DNA of 64,000 nucleotides from Dehalococcoidia bacterium (GTDB lineage Bacteria; Chloroflexota; Dehalococcoidia; Lucifugimonadales; Lucifugimonadaceae): the NCBI GenBank assembly GCA_026421215.1, contig JAPKBN010000003.1, positions 45,698 through 109,697 on the forward strand, written 5' to 3'. Made by a program: the position numbers and the translations under genes. The notes beneath the pieces are model-generated. The model saw nothing but the letters and a program-made list of their open reading frames with translations, was not told where the DNA came from and made no database searches. This document shows, in pieces, positions 9,733 to 19,577 of this stretch; the stretch's first letter is position 1; each line of letters begins with the position of its first letter.

Positions 9733-11253
9733 CTACGCGTCTGATGTCGGTCCGGCGAACGGGATCTGGACCGTGAAAGTGGTTTCGGAGCCGAAGACGC
9801 TGCTGACTTCCACTTGACCGCCGTGTACCTCGACAAGCCGTTTGACGATTGTGAGTCCCAGTCCGGCCCCGCCGGTCCCGCGGTTACGTGATGGGTCCAC
9901 CCGATAGAATCGGTCGAAAACGTGCGGCAAGTCCTCCGGAGATATGCCGGTTCCGGTGTCGGATACGGAGATGATGGCGGCAACGGTGTGGGTTGTGGGA
10001 CTCACGTTCACGACCACACGTCCGCCGTCTGGAGTGTGTGTGATCGCGTTCTCGATCAAGTTGGATACCACCTGCCTGATGCGTGTCGGATCAAGTCGGG
10101 TGCCGGGCATGCCGACAGAGACCGTAACTTCCAATTTGATCGAACGATCGACGGCGCGTGGCCGGAACGCTTCTGCGGCGTTGCTGACCAACTCGGAGAT
10201 GTCTGCATTTGTCAGTTCGAGGCGCAAATTTCCCGCCTCTACAAGTGCAAGCAAACGTAGGTCTTCTACCAGTGCGCTAAGGTGCTTCGTCTGCGAATAG
10301 ATCGTGTCGACGGTACTCTCATCTGCCTCCAGCACCCCGTCCTTGATCGCCTCAAGATAGCCCTGGATGTTGGTCAACGGGCTTCGCAGTTCGTGTGCGA
10401 TATCCGCGACGAGCCGTCGGCGCTCAGATTCGGCGTCTTCCAGAGCACCGGCCATATCGTTGAAAGCGATTCCCAGATTCCCTAGTTCGCTCCCAGGGTT
10501 CGCATCGACACGCTGCGAAAGATCTCCCCGAGCGACCTCGGAAGCGGCGGCGCTCAAGACATGTACGGGCGCAAGGGCTCGGCGGGTGGTATAGGTCACC
10601 ATGCCGATTCCTGCCGCGGCGGCGGCTAGGCCAGACCAGAGCAAGGACCTATTAAATGCAGAAGCTAGTTCCGAGAGTTGCGGCTCGGCTGCGATTTCGG
10701 TCTGCGCCAGAGGTGGCGGCGGTGGTGAAATCTGGCCGGTCTTGCCTTGGGCGTTCGTCTTTTTGTCGCGTGTAGTCTCGCTCTGTCGTTGGAGATCCTG
10801 ACTCAGCTCACGAATGATGGATGAGCGCGACCCCGGAGGGGCCACAAACCCCTCGCCTGTTTCGATGTAGAAATTGCCCTTCTGTATTCCGGCAACCAGC
10901 AACGGTCGTTGGAAGAACACCTGGGACAGCAGTGGGCTCCGGGTGAAGACGGAATGGGAGTCGCCAACGATACGGCCGGCCTGGTCTTCGATCACGATCC
11001 GCCAGTCGTATAGGCGGGACACCTGTTCAAGCGCGTCCTGAACGCCCTCCCAGTTATCGTTCTTTGAGTACGATTGTGATACCACCTGATCCAGCCGCTC
11101 TGCTCTTGCGATGGATATTTCTTCGCTGAAGGCGGCGATCTTCCGTTCGGTAGTTGCATACGCGAACGCGCTTACGGACAGAAGGGCGCCGCCCAGGATC
11201 AATGTGAACCCCAACGTCAACCTGAATTGGAGGGACTGTGCCCAGCTAGGCAT
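9733..11253 (-). CDS. sensor histidine kinase (2 TM, HAMP, HisKA, HATPase)
   Basis: H-box HELRSPLT, N-box NLIENAITHTP, DTGTGI and GGAGLGL. The start at 11253 overlaps the response regulator stop by 8 nt. The track ORF is extended to 11382. Confidence 0.9.
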   Translation of the reverse strand: MPSWAQSLQFRLTLGFTLILGGALLSVSAFAYATTERKIAAFSEEISIARAERLDQVVSQSYSKNDNWEGVQDALEQVSRLYDWRIVIEDQAGRIVGDSHSVFTRSPLLSQVFFQRPLLVAGIQKGNFYIETGEGFVAPPGSRSSIIRELSQDLQRQSETTRDKKTNAQGKTGQISPPPPPLAQTEIAAEPQLSELASAFNRSLLWSGLAAAAAGIGMVTYTTRRALAPVHVLSAAASEVARGDLSQRVDANPGSELGNLGIAFNDMAGALEDAESERRRLVADIAHELRSPLTNIQGYLEAIKDGVLEADESTVDTIYSQTKHLSALVEDLRLLALVEAGNLRLELTNADISELVSNAAEAFRPRAVDRSIKLEVTVSVGMPGTRLDPTRIRQVVSNLIENAITHTPDGGRVVVNVSPTTHTVAAIISVSDTGTGISPEDLPHVFDRFYRVDPSRNRGTGGAGLGLTIVKRLVEVHGGQVEVSSVFGSETTFTVQIPFAGPTSDA

Positions 11254-11983
11254 CACCAAACCTGTAACCCATCCCGTAAACGGTGTGTACGAACCGCCGT
11301 CCAGTGGACTTTTCCAGTTTCCTACGGATGTTTGAAATATGCGTATCCACAGTGCGGTCCATGCCGTCGTAGGCGTGACCAAGGACCTTCTCGATGATGC
11401 TGTCTCTCGACAATATCTGCCCGCCGGAGATCATCAGATATGAAAGCAAGCGCATCTCGGTTGCGGTGAAGCGGAGCATTTTCCCGTCCACCTTCACCGA
11501 GCCCGCCCGAATATCCACCTCGATCGGACCAAATCTCTGGATCTCCTGATCCTCTTCGGCATCTTCTTTTGGCGACGTGCGCCTGAGTACGGCTCGAATC
11601 CTTGCTGCAAGCTCTCGTGGCGAAAACGGCTTGGTAATGTAATCGTCCGCGCCGCTGTCGAGGCCGGTCAGGCGCTCTGACTCGTCAACACGGGCGGTCA
11701 GCATGATGATCGGCACGTCAGATTCAGCACGGAGTTTTTCGCATACAGCAAGTCCATCCATACTGGGCAGCATCATGTCCAGCACCACAAGCCGTGGGGA
11801 TTCGGTAAGAGCCATCTGAAGTCCGTTTATGCCGTCTCCGGCTTCGATAACGCTGTGGCCGTCGCGCTCGAGATAGAGCCGAATGAGCCGGACCGTGTCG
11901 GGATCGTCCTCGACAATGAGGATTGGCTTTTGTGAGCCGGTGGATTGACTTGAGTTATCCATGACCGTGTGCGGCTGTGCCAT
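11246..11983 (-). CDS. OmpR-family response regulator
   Basis: ILIVEDDPD, the receiver Asp in VVLDMMLP, ITKPF, and a winged-helix tail ending TVYGMGYRF. Confidence 0.9.
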   Translation of the reverse strand: MAQPHTVMDNSSQSTGSQKPILIVEDDPDTVRLIRLYLERDGHSVIEAGDGINGLQMALTESPRLVVLDMMLPSMDGLAVCEKLRAESDVPIIMLTARVDESERLTGLDSGADDYITKPFSPRELAARIRAVLRRTSPKEDAEEDQEIQRFGPIEVDIRAGSVKVDGKMLRFTATEMRLLSYLMISGGQILSRDSIIEKVLGHAYDGMDRTVDTHISNIRRKLEKSTGRRFVHTVYGMGYRFGDA

Positions 11984-12006
11984 ATTGATAACCCTCTTTG
12001 GATGAC

Positions 12007-12783
12007 CTACAGGTTGACCGGATCGGGCTCGTTCGTCGGGTCCAGTGTCTCGGGCGTGAAATCGTGGAAGGGTGGTAATCCCTCTGGGAAGCCGAAGTCG
12101 CGTAAACCCTCATGTGCGACCCCATCCTTTCCTGGTCGGAAGAAGAACTCCGGGACATCGCCTTTGAACTCAAACTTAAAGCCATGTCCGCCAAATCGGA
12201 AGAACCTCCCCCTAAAGGGTGATATGCCATCACGAAACGACGGGGTCCCCTCAAATGCCCTCATGGAGTCCGGTATCAGTTTATCGACCGACTCTGGGCG
12301 TGCGTCGAGCCAAGTTTGAATGGCGTCTGCGTCTTCTTGCGAAAGCTTATCTATCTCAACGAGTCGAGCGAGGTGTTCAGCGCTTACCGATGGGATATCC
12401 GATTTCAGGATTGAAGCCGTGGGATCCAGGCTTCCGCCGTGGAATTTGAAAGCTTTTCGCTTGCCCAACTTGATGCCGTCCAGCGCTACAGGCCGCCCCT
12501 CAAGCCAGTTGCCAATTTCGAGAGCTTCGTCTTCGTTAAGAGTGTAGTTATCGACGAGCGCCTTCAGCGTCTCGGCCTGTTTCTGGTTTTTGAGTTCAGA
12601 TCTCGCCTGTGTGAACGCATCATCAAGCTCGGATCTATCTATGCCGAGGACCGAGGCTACCCTGTCGAGTACCTCACCCCCGTGAACACCGTCCGGGAAA
12701 TCTGCTGAGACCGCGGTCGCTCCAACCACCGCGCCTGTTGCACCAAGGGCAACAACAAGGCTCAATATCCATCGACGTCTCAT
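12007..12783 (-). CDS. secreted hypothetical protein with internal repeats
   Basis: Signal-peptide-like N-terminus MRRRWILSLVVALGATGAVVGATAVSA. Two repeats are visible (LNEDEALEIGNWLEGRP and LSQEDADAIQTWLDARP). It is the first gene of the two-component operon. Confidence 0.6.
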   Translation of the reverse strand: MRRRWILSLVVALGATGAVVGATAVSADFPDGVHGGEVLDRVASVLGIDRSELDDAFTQARSELKNQKQAETLKALVDNYTLNEDEALEIGNWLEGRPVALDGIKLGKRKAFKFHGGSLDPTASILKSDIPSVSAEHLARLVEIDKLSQEDADAIQTWLDARPESVDKLIPDSMRAFEGTPSFRDGISPFRGRFFRFGGHGFKFEFKGDVPEFFFRPGKDGVAHEGLRDFGFPEGLPPFHDFTPETLDPTNEPDPVNL

Positions 12784-13226
12784 CCGTTAAAACTCACTGA
12801 CCGGGCATTTGCCCGCTTTAATTACATTGCTCAACTCTGTTCTACACGTGCAATGTTAAGAAACTTTCAAGTTTTTACGACAATTTGGATCTTGGTTACG
12901 ATTTTAGGTTACTGGACTCTCCTGAGGATGAAACATTTGTTCATCGGCAGGCGTCACTGCATGACGATGGGCACCCAAAAGTAAATTGGTCCTATGGCAT
13001 TCTGATCCAAAAGGAGAACATGTACCTGAGCAAGTATGCGTCAACCCGTCTCGGGCCGCTGCGCGCTGGCAAAAGGTGTCCGGACATGGATCCTAGCGAT
13101 CACGCTGCGTTGGAAAGAGAGCGGGGTGACGCGGGTGTGCTTTTGATAGTGGCCGCACTGGCGTTTCGTCTGGGCGGAGGGTTGTTGGCATCCCGGAATC
13201 GGAGCTGAATCGGAAGCGTTGCTCGA

Positions 13227-14459
13227 TTAAAAGTCCACTAGGTTCCAGGGCTTGCGAGCCGTTATAAACATACGATCTGCCCGACCAAGCGCCCCCACAC
13301 TGTTCTCAATAACTCGACCGGCGCGCGCCAGTTCAGATGGCCGAGACCCGCCCATGTAGATGGACGCAAGATCGCCCGCAGACATGGAGATGTCAGGCTG
13401 CTCGTTGGTTGACGCGCATTCCGCGCCTTTTGGCCCGCCATCGATTCGCCAATTACCGTCATTCCATTTACAAAACGAGTCTTCCACCCGGATAACCAGC
13501 GAACCATCTTCTGAATAGGTTCGGGCCGACAACGCCATCGGCACGTCGATCAACCTCAACCACAATCCGTCATATGAACTGCGTTTGAGCCGTCGCGGAT
13601 CGGACAGCATCCACGGCAGGCCGTCGTCTGTGGTCGCTCCGTGTCCGACGGTGAGTGTGGACGCGAGGTCGATATCAAAACAGAACCGCCATAATGCGGC
13701 CGTGGCCTCGTCATCGGAAGCGACCAACTCGTGAATCTGGACGCTATTGGTTGCATCGCCGGCGGTCACACCGTGCCGAATTCGGTACATCACGTATCCG
13801 GTGGCTACACCGTCAACTTCGTATACGGCATAGAAAAGCGCCGGCGCTCTACTGCGAAGCCCGTCCTGATCCGTGATCGCCGCTTCCCATGCGAGATCGT
13901 CACGCCGGATCATCGCGGGGTACTCCAGCCAGGCCTTCTCAAGGATCGGAGAGAACACTTTCTGGGCGTCTTCTTTATCCAGAAATCTCATCTGTCCTCG
14001 GATGTCAGGGCCATGAGTGAAAGATGTGTGCCGTAGATCGATCTCTCGGTGCTCGTGCGTGACGGCCATGCCGTACCCGTACCGACCGTAGATCACCGAT
14101 TCAGACGCCCAGAGAGCGGCCAACGGGATCTCCCGCTCGTGGTGGGCATCTAACTGCCTCCGCATCATCTCGGTGAGGATTCCGCGCCTCCTGTGCGTGG
14201 GAGACACCGTGACCTCGGTGATACCGCCGACCGGTAGCGTGTTTGCCCCGGGGATTGAGATTTCAAATGTGAAGGAGCTCGATGTTCCGACTATCTGTTC
14301 GCCGTCAAACGCAATGACGCTTTGTTCTGGCTCAAAGGATCGTTTTGCGAAATCCTTAAACCATGGATTGGATTCCGGGTGCGCTGAGAAACCTCGCATC
14401 ACAGCGAAGTCGAACTCGTCGAATTCGTCTAGGGTGATGGGGCGATAGGTGATTGGCAT
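13227..14459 (-). CDS. Eis-like GNAT N-acetyltransferase with SCP2-like C-terminal domain
   Basis: 410 aa with the acetyl-CoA motif VSPTHRRRGILTEMM. Length and layout match Eis/UPF0256-type proteins. Confidence 0.7.
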   Translation of the reverse strand: MPITYRPITLDEFDEFDFAVMRGFSAHPESNPWFKDFAKRSFEPEQSVIAFDGEQIVGTSSSFTFEISIPGANTLPVGGITEVTVSPTHRRRGILTEMMRRQLDAHHEREIPLAALWASESVIYGRYGYGMAVTHEHREIDLRHTSFTHGPDIRGQMRFLDKEDAQKVFSPILEKAWLEYPAMIRRDDLAWEAAITDQDGLRSRAPALFYAVYEVDGVATGYVMYRIRHGVTAGDATNSVQIHELVASDDEATAALWRFCFDIDLASTLTVGHGATTDDGLPWMLSDPRRLKRSSYDGLWLRLIDVPMALSARTYSEDGSLVIRVEDSFCKWNDGNWRIDGGPKGAECASTNEQPDISMSAGDLASIYMGGSRPSELARAGRVIENSVGALGRADRMFITARKPWNLVDF

Positions 14460-14613
14460 GTGGTGACCGGTTCAGCCTACGCAGCTGAATAAAACTAGTT
14501 TAGGAATGGCAAACCGATATTCTACGGCTCGGCAACGCCTGAAAGACCCTTTTGGAGACTTGGTAATGGAGGTGGCGCGCGATAGACGAGTAACGTCCGT
14601 AATTAACCGACCC

Positions 14614-17600
14614 CTACCCCCAGTCCTTCGACTTCAGCATGCTGACATCCGTAGGCACCGGCGTGAGCGTGCGCACGACCACGTTCAACGTCCCTTCTCG
14701 GTGCGACACCACGCCGCTGCACAGCAAAATCGGCTCATGTGCTGTTCGGCGAACCCTCTCGTACACATCCGGCCAGATCACCAGAGGCGCGTGACCCGTC
14801 TCGTCCTCAATCGTGATGAACACCGCCTTTGCGAGCGGCCGCTGGCGACGAATCACCACGCCTGCCACACATATCGGCGTGCCGTCCTGCAGGTCACGGA
14901 TATCTGCGCTTCGCACTAGGTCCGGCGGAAGGTGCGGTCTCAACTTCTCCATCAGGTGAGCGCGTGGATACAGCCCGAGCGTGTTGTACTCGCCCTTCAT
15001 CACGTCCCACTCGGATGCCTCCGGCAATGCCACCATGTCCTGCTCAACCGGAAACTCGAAGGCGAGCTGGCGTCCGACAGGTCGATATCGCAGCCCCACC
15101 TCCCACTTTGTTTCACGCCTGTTCTCGTCGGTGGGAGTCCAGACAGTTCGCTGTTCCCGGACGATAACGTGGGTGGCGGGACTCGACGGCAGGGGCACAG
15201 GACCAGGCACCTCAAGCGCGCCAACCAGCGCTGGAGCCTTTGTTGCTACCGCCCGTGATACAAGCGAATCAAATGTCCCGGCATCCACCAACTTGTCAAG
15301 GGGGCCGTGCCGTACACCGGTGCGCACCATAAAGTCCGAGACAGAGGTAAACGACCCGTGCATCTCGCGTTCCACCAGCACCTGATCGGCCGTCGCAGAG
15401 CGCACAGTCGCTACGTGCGCGAAGCCGAGCCGCAAACGCTCATCATCAATCACAGAGAACTTCCCGCTGCGGTTTGCGTCCGGGTTCAGGACTTGTACGC
15501 CGTGGCGCTTCGCGTCCTCCTTCAGCGTTTCCAGGTTGTAAAACCCCATCGGCTGCTGGTTGAACAACCCGACAAAGAACTCCAGCGGGTAGTAACGCTT
15601 CATCCAGGACATCTGGTAGGCGGTGACGCCGAAGGCAAAAGCGTGTGCCTCCGGAAACTGGAACTCCCCGTGGAATTTGTTGAATATCGTTTCCGCTGCT
15701 TCCGGAGGCACTCCCTTAGCAAGCGCGCCGGTCATGAACTTTTCACGCCAGATGGGGATCAATTCGTGCCGGTTTCGTCGACCGAAGGCACGGCGCATTC
15801 GGTCTCCCTCAGCCGGCGTGAACCCGCCGACGTGGACCGCCAGTTCCATCAACTGGTCCTGATAGAGCGGCACTCCGTATGTACGCTCAAGCGCCGCCTT
15901 CTCAAGTGGATGGTCGTATTGCCAACCCGGTTCTTTGCCGTTGTGCCGTCGGATCAGCATCGATACGCCGTCGTTGACGCCTACGCCGGGGCGGACGGCC
16001 CCGACTTCCCACGCCATCTCGAACAGGTTCTTCGGGCGGATCCGGGGGGTTGTCTGCATCTGGGCGGCGGACTCAACTTGAAATACGCCTACGGTGTCTG
16101 ATCTGTGCAGCATGGCGTACACCTTAGGGTCCTCGAAATCGATGCGCGACAGATCGACACGTTCCTCCGTGCGCTGCTCTATCAGCCTGAGCGCCTCGTT
16201 CATCTGCGATAGCGCGCCAAGTGCCAGGAAATCGATCTTCACAAACCCTGCGTCGTCTGCGCTGTCCTTGTCCCACTGGCAAATGTATCGACCATCGATG
16301 GCGCTGCGCTGGAGAGGGACGGTCTCTGAGAGCGGACGTGCCGAGAGGATCATACCGCCCGGGTGCTGTGCCAGGTACTTCGGGAATCCGCCGAGTTGGA
16401 GGGCGAGTCGAACGAGGTCCTGCCACAACGGCAGGTCTGCACGGTTCCGGTACTCCGGAAGTGACCGCATCTCCACCGGAAGGTCCTTCACACCTGCGTG
16501 CCCATCAACCCGCTTTGTGAGCTTGTCCAGGTCATCTGCAGGCAGCCCGAGGGCCTTCCCGATGTCACGGATGGCGCCCTTGATTCGGTATGTAGAGATC
16601 ATCCCGGTGAGTACAGCGCGATCGTTGCCCCAGCGCTCGTGGACGCGCAGGATTAGCTTCTCCCGGATGTCACGCGGGAAGTCCAGATCGATGTCGGGAG
16701 GGCCGTCCATCTCGGCGTCCGGTATGAAGCGGTCTAGCGTCAATCCGAACTCCAACGGATCAATGTGTGAGAGGCCGATCAGGTATCCAATGAGCATCGC
16801 AACCGAGGACCCGCGCCCACGCCCGGGCGGGTTTTCCTCAAGTGGCAACCCGGGTTCAACGAGGCCGAGGTCTTCCTGGACCTCTCGGGCGATCCTGATG
16901 ATGTCGTAGTACTGGAGTACGAACCCGGCTAGGTTGTGTTTCTCCAGCAGCGCTATCTCCTCATCCAGCCGCTCCCGAATTGGGTCGTTGACTTCGCCGT
17001 ACTTACGGATAGCGGCTTCCTCGCATAGCTTGCGGAGCCATCTGGTCTGGGTGTGGCCTTCGGGCACGTCATAGTCCGGGAAGTCGTACACCTTTTCGGA
17101 TGTGAGATCGAAATCACATCGGTCGGCTATGCGGACCGTGTTCTCGATCGCTTCCGGGTACGCTGTGAACAACGACGCCATCTCGTCAGGCGGTTTCAGG
17201 TAGAACTGATCGTTGGCACGCCGCTCCCGGTGCGTTTCTTCGAGCGATTTGTTGTGCTGGATGGCGACGAGGATGTCGTTCAGGTGGCTGCGCTCACGGA
17301 GGTGGTAGTGGGCGTTGTTGGTGGCGACGATGGGTATACCGAGGTCTGAACCGATGTCCGCCATGAGCCGGTTGCGCTCGGTGTCGTCGAGCACCAGATT
17401 TTGCTGTAACTCAAGGAAGAAATTGTTCGCACCGAACCAGTCCCGGTACTGAGCACTCAGCCGCCGGGCCTCGCTCAGCCTTCCTGCAAGAACGAGTTCG
17501 GAGATCTCGCCGTGACGACAGCCTGAAAGGCAGATCACCCCGCTTGCGTGGTCTTTGAGCAGAGAGGGGGTGAGCGCTGGAAGGACACCGTTTGGGCCGG

Positions 17601-18120
17601 GCCGCTCGGGCGGGTCCATATGCGCCCGCGTGGTGAGCTTGCATATGTTTTTATAACCCTCTGCGTTCTCCGCAAGCAGGGTCAGATGGTGGCCACTCGC
17701 AAGTGTGATCTCGACCCCGATGATCGGCTTGATCCCAACGCCCTTCGCCGCCTGGGCAAACTCCATCACCCCGCACAGGTTGTCGTGATCCGTAATGGCG
17801 AGGGCACGCATGCCAAGCGCCTGCGCCTCTATCAACAGCTCCGAGGTACGGGAAGCGCCCTCTTTGAACGAGTAGTTTGAGTGGCAATGCAGCTCGGCGT
17901 AGGAGGATGAGCGAGGTTCAAGGGTTTCTTTAACACGCGCCTTAGCCTCACGAGCACGAACGCTAGAAGTACGCCGCTTCTCCAACCTCGGAGAACTATC
18001 AACAGATCTCGAGCTAATCTGCTCAGCAATCTCAGCCGCATCACATGGCCCACCTGGCGCTATATCCAGATCGCGATAATTCCCGGCTCGGCTCCGATGT
18101 TCCTTTTTACGTCTTGGCAT
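14614..18120 (-). CDS. dnaE2: error-prone DNA polymerase III alpha-like subunit DnaE2 (ImuC)
   Basis: PHP motif YAELHCHSNYSF and palm motifs GRGSSVAMLIGYLIGLSHIDP and PDIDLDF. It lies directly downstream of imuB. About 75 aa precede the PHP domain, so the true start may be internal. Confidence 0.9.
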   Translation of the reverse strand: MPRRKKEHRSRAGNYRDLDIAPGGPCDAAEIAEQISSRSVDSSPRLEKRRTSSVRAREAKARVKETLEPRSSSYAELHCHSNYSFKEGASRTSELLIEAQALGMRALAITDHDNLCGVMEFAQAAKGVGIKPIIGVEITLASGHHLTLLAENAEGYKNICKLTTRAHMDPPERPGPNGVLPALTPSLLKDHASGVICLSGCRHGEISELVLAGRLSEARRLSAQYRDWFGANNFFLELQQNLVLDDTERNRLMADIGSDLGIPIVATNNAHYHLRERSHLNDILVAIQHNKSLEETHRERRANDQFYLKPPDEMASLFTAYPEAIENTVRIADRCDFDLTSEKVYDFPDYDVPEGHTQTRWLRKLCEEAAIRKYGEVNDPIRERLDEEIALLEKHNLAGFVLQYYDIIRIAREVQEDLGLVEPGLPLEENPPGRGRGSSVAMLIGYLIGLSHIDPLEFGLTLDRFIPDAEMDGPPDIDLDFPRDIREKLILRVHERWGNDRAVLTGMISTYRIKGAIRDIGKALGLPADDLDKLTKRVDGHAGVKDLPVEMRSLPEYRNRADLPLWQDLVRLALQLGGFPKYLAQHPGGMILSARPLSETVPLQRSAIDGRYICQWDKDSADDAGFVKIDFLALGALSQMNEALRLIEQRTEERVDLSRIDFEDPKVYAMLHRSDTVGVFQVESAAQMQTTPRIRPKNLFEMAWEVGAVRPGVGVNDGVSMLIRRHNGKEPGWQYDHPLEKAALERTYGVPLYQDQLMELAVHVGGFTPAEGDRMRRAFGRRNRHELIPIWREKFMTGALAKGVPPEAAETIFNKFHGEFQFPEAHAFAFGVTAYQMSWMKRYYPLEFFVGLFNQQPMGFYNLETLKEDAKRHGVQVLNPDANRSGKFSVIDDERLRLGFAHVATVRSATADQVLVEREMHGSFTSVSDFMVRTGVRHGPLDKLVDAGTFDSLVSRAVATKAPALVGALEVPGPVPLPSSPATHVIVREQRTVWTPTDENRRETKWEVGLRYRPVGRQLAFEFPVEQDMVALPEASEWDVMKGEYNTLGLYPRAHLMEKLRPHLPPDLVRSADIRDLQDGTPICVAGVVIRRQRPLAKAVFITIEDETGHAPLVIWPDVYERVRRTAHEPILLCSGVVSHREGTLNVVVRTLTPVPTDVSMLKSKDWG

Positions 18121-18153
18121 TTAGATGGCTGCTGTCTCTAGAAACACAACCCC

Positions 18154-18441
18154 TCACTGCCGGAACCAGCCATCGACTACCAGATCGTGGAACAGCGTTA
18201 CCGGGCGGCCGTCGGATAAGCGGGTATGGAAATACACCCGCTCTATCTCCTTATCCGGTCCCCGCCACCATTCGTCGTTGATCTTCCACATGTCCTCGAT
18301 AGCGACCACCCTATTCAGCTTGCCCCTAACAGAGACCGACGACGGCATCCCGCGTTCGTCTGCGTTCACCGTCACCTGAGTCGGGGTGTTTAAGGGCTTA
18401 ATCGCACTAGCGCGTGCCTTCGTTCCGGAATTCGGGACCAT
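18154..18441 (-). CDS. imuB: ImuB C-terminal-domain ORF (a separate polypeptide or a frameshifted 3' part of imuB)
   Basis: ...NDEWWRGPDKEIERVYFHTRLSDGRPVTLFHDLVVDGWFRQ matches my recollection of the conserved ImuB tail (WW...R.YF...DG...F.D...WF). The ATG at 18441 has an AAGGGAG SD 8 nt upstream. Its frame differs from the 18390-19577 ORF and overlaps it. Confidence 0.55.
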   Translation of the reverse strand: MVPNSGTKARASAIKPLNTPTQVTVNADERGMPSSVSVRGKLNRVVAIEDMWKINDEWWRGPDKEIERVYFHTRLSDGRPVTLFHDLVVDGWFRQ

Positions 18442-19577
18442 GGCTCTAACTCCCTTACCTGATAGACCGGCGGGGTTGTGTCCAGCCGTGCCTCTAGTTG
18501 ATTCACCGCTTCCTGCAACTTCTGATCTCGACGGACCTCTGCCCACAGGGACTCCTGGCGACCGGCCTCGCCGGTCAGCCGGGAAAGCGTCAGGCGTATG
18601 TCCTCTATCGGCCCCGGCAGCGCCAGATCATGCAGCTTAGATTTAATAGAAAACAGGGCCTTCGTCGGTGACCCGGCAGGCTCCTTGAACGCCACGCGCA
18701 TCGTCCACGGCGATCGACGCAGGACACTCGCCTCCAACTTTGCTTCCCGTGCATACCGGCGTGCGAGTTGTGGGTGGGTGTACGCACGTGACAGGAGGCT
18801 TTCGATCGCTGGGAGGATCGCCGTCATGCTTACCGTGGCGTCGGGGAATTCCAAGTATTCCGAAACGGTCTCTTCCGTCCGATGTGCCACGAGAGGCCGC
18901 TGGTCGATGCCGTTCGAGAGGTCTGACATCAGCGTCCCGTCGTTGCCAAATTGCGCTTGCATTGCGCCCGGCGGCAGCGCTGCGATGTCTCCCATCGTGT
19001 GCAAGCCGAATCCATGTAGTTGTGTGGTCAGCTTGAAATCCACAGGCAACAGCTCAACCGGAAGCTTCGTGAGGAACCGGCCTGGTTCGCCCGTTATCTT
19101 GAGTCCGCGCCCCGATGAACTGGCCGATGCCGCAACGTACGCCAGCCACTTGTTTTCGCCAACACCGATGCGGGCGTCGAACTGGTTCACGGCGTTGGAC
19201 AGCGCCCGGACTACATGGGCGTCGTCGCCGTACAGCCGGTCGAGCCCCCAGATGCCGATGTATGCACGGCCGAGCCCGTAACTATCGGCTCTTTCAGTGT
19301 CCGGCTCCACGTCGGGACAGCGCGCCTCAAGCCCGACTAGGACCTCGCCGAACGTGCGCCCATACAGAGGCATATCCGGTTCCAGTAGAAGCACATCCTT
19401 GCGGGCGATAGCCAGCGCCTCGCTGAGCGGCATACCCCTGCTCATCTTTGGGCCAAGCTCGGGCGACCAGTCGAGTACCGACTGCGCACCTTTGCTGGCG
19501 TTCGCACCGTTTTCTCCAACGATGATCGCTGGACGATCGACCAGTTCAGGCCGCCTCATTAACTCCACCTGCCACAT
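18390..19577 (-). CDS. imuB: ImuB-like Y-family polymerase homolog, N-terminal and middle part
   Basis: 395 aa with DinB-like N-terminal context. It sits upstream of dnaE2. Conserved-looking residues (AAIACVHIPNF) continue upstream of the first ATG, so the 5' end is uncertain. Confidence 0.75.
   Translation of the reverse strand: MWQVELMRRPELVDRPAIIVGENGANASKGAQSVLDWSPELGPKMSRGMPLSEALAIARKDVLLLEPDMPLYGRTFGEVLVGLEARCPDVEPDTERADSYGLGRAYIGIWGLDRLYGDDAHVVRALSNAVNQFDARIGVGENKWLAYVAASASSSGRGLKITGEPGRFLTKLPVELLPVDFKLTTQLHGFGLHTMGDIAALPPGAMQAQFGNDGTLMSDLSNGIDQRPLVAHRTEETVSEYLEFPDATVSMTAILPAIESLLSRAYTHPQLARRYAREAKLEASVLRRSPWTMRVAFKEPAGSPTKALFSIKSKLHDLALPGPIEDIRLTLSRLTGEAGRQESLWAEVRRDQKLQEAVNQLEARLDTTPPVYQVRELEPWSRIPERRHALVRLSP

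Noticed and set aside
13021-13208. A 62-codon ORF with a good SD (AAGGAG, 5 nt spacing) and a hydrophobic C-terminal segment, in the 443-nt spacer upstream of the two-component operon.
   Set aside because: I recognise no family. The sequence composition is unremarkable and a single short ORF is not enough evidence. It may deserve a look if transcript data exist.
15307-16909. Two long plus-strand ORFs (264 and 271 aa) inside dnaE2. Similar cases are at 6100-6771, 18598-19281, 35929-36618, 43971-44648, 46276-46935, 57015-57581 and 63111-63803.
   Set aside because: All are antisense to genes with strong family motifs and have Arg/Ser/Pro-rich compositions. I treat them as antisense frame artefacts.
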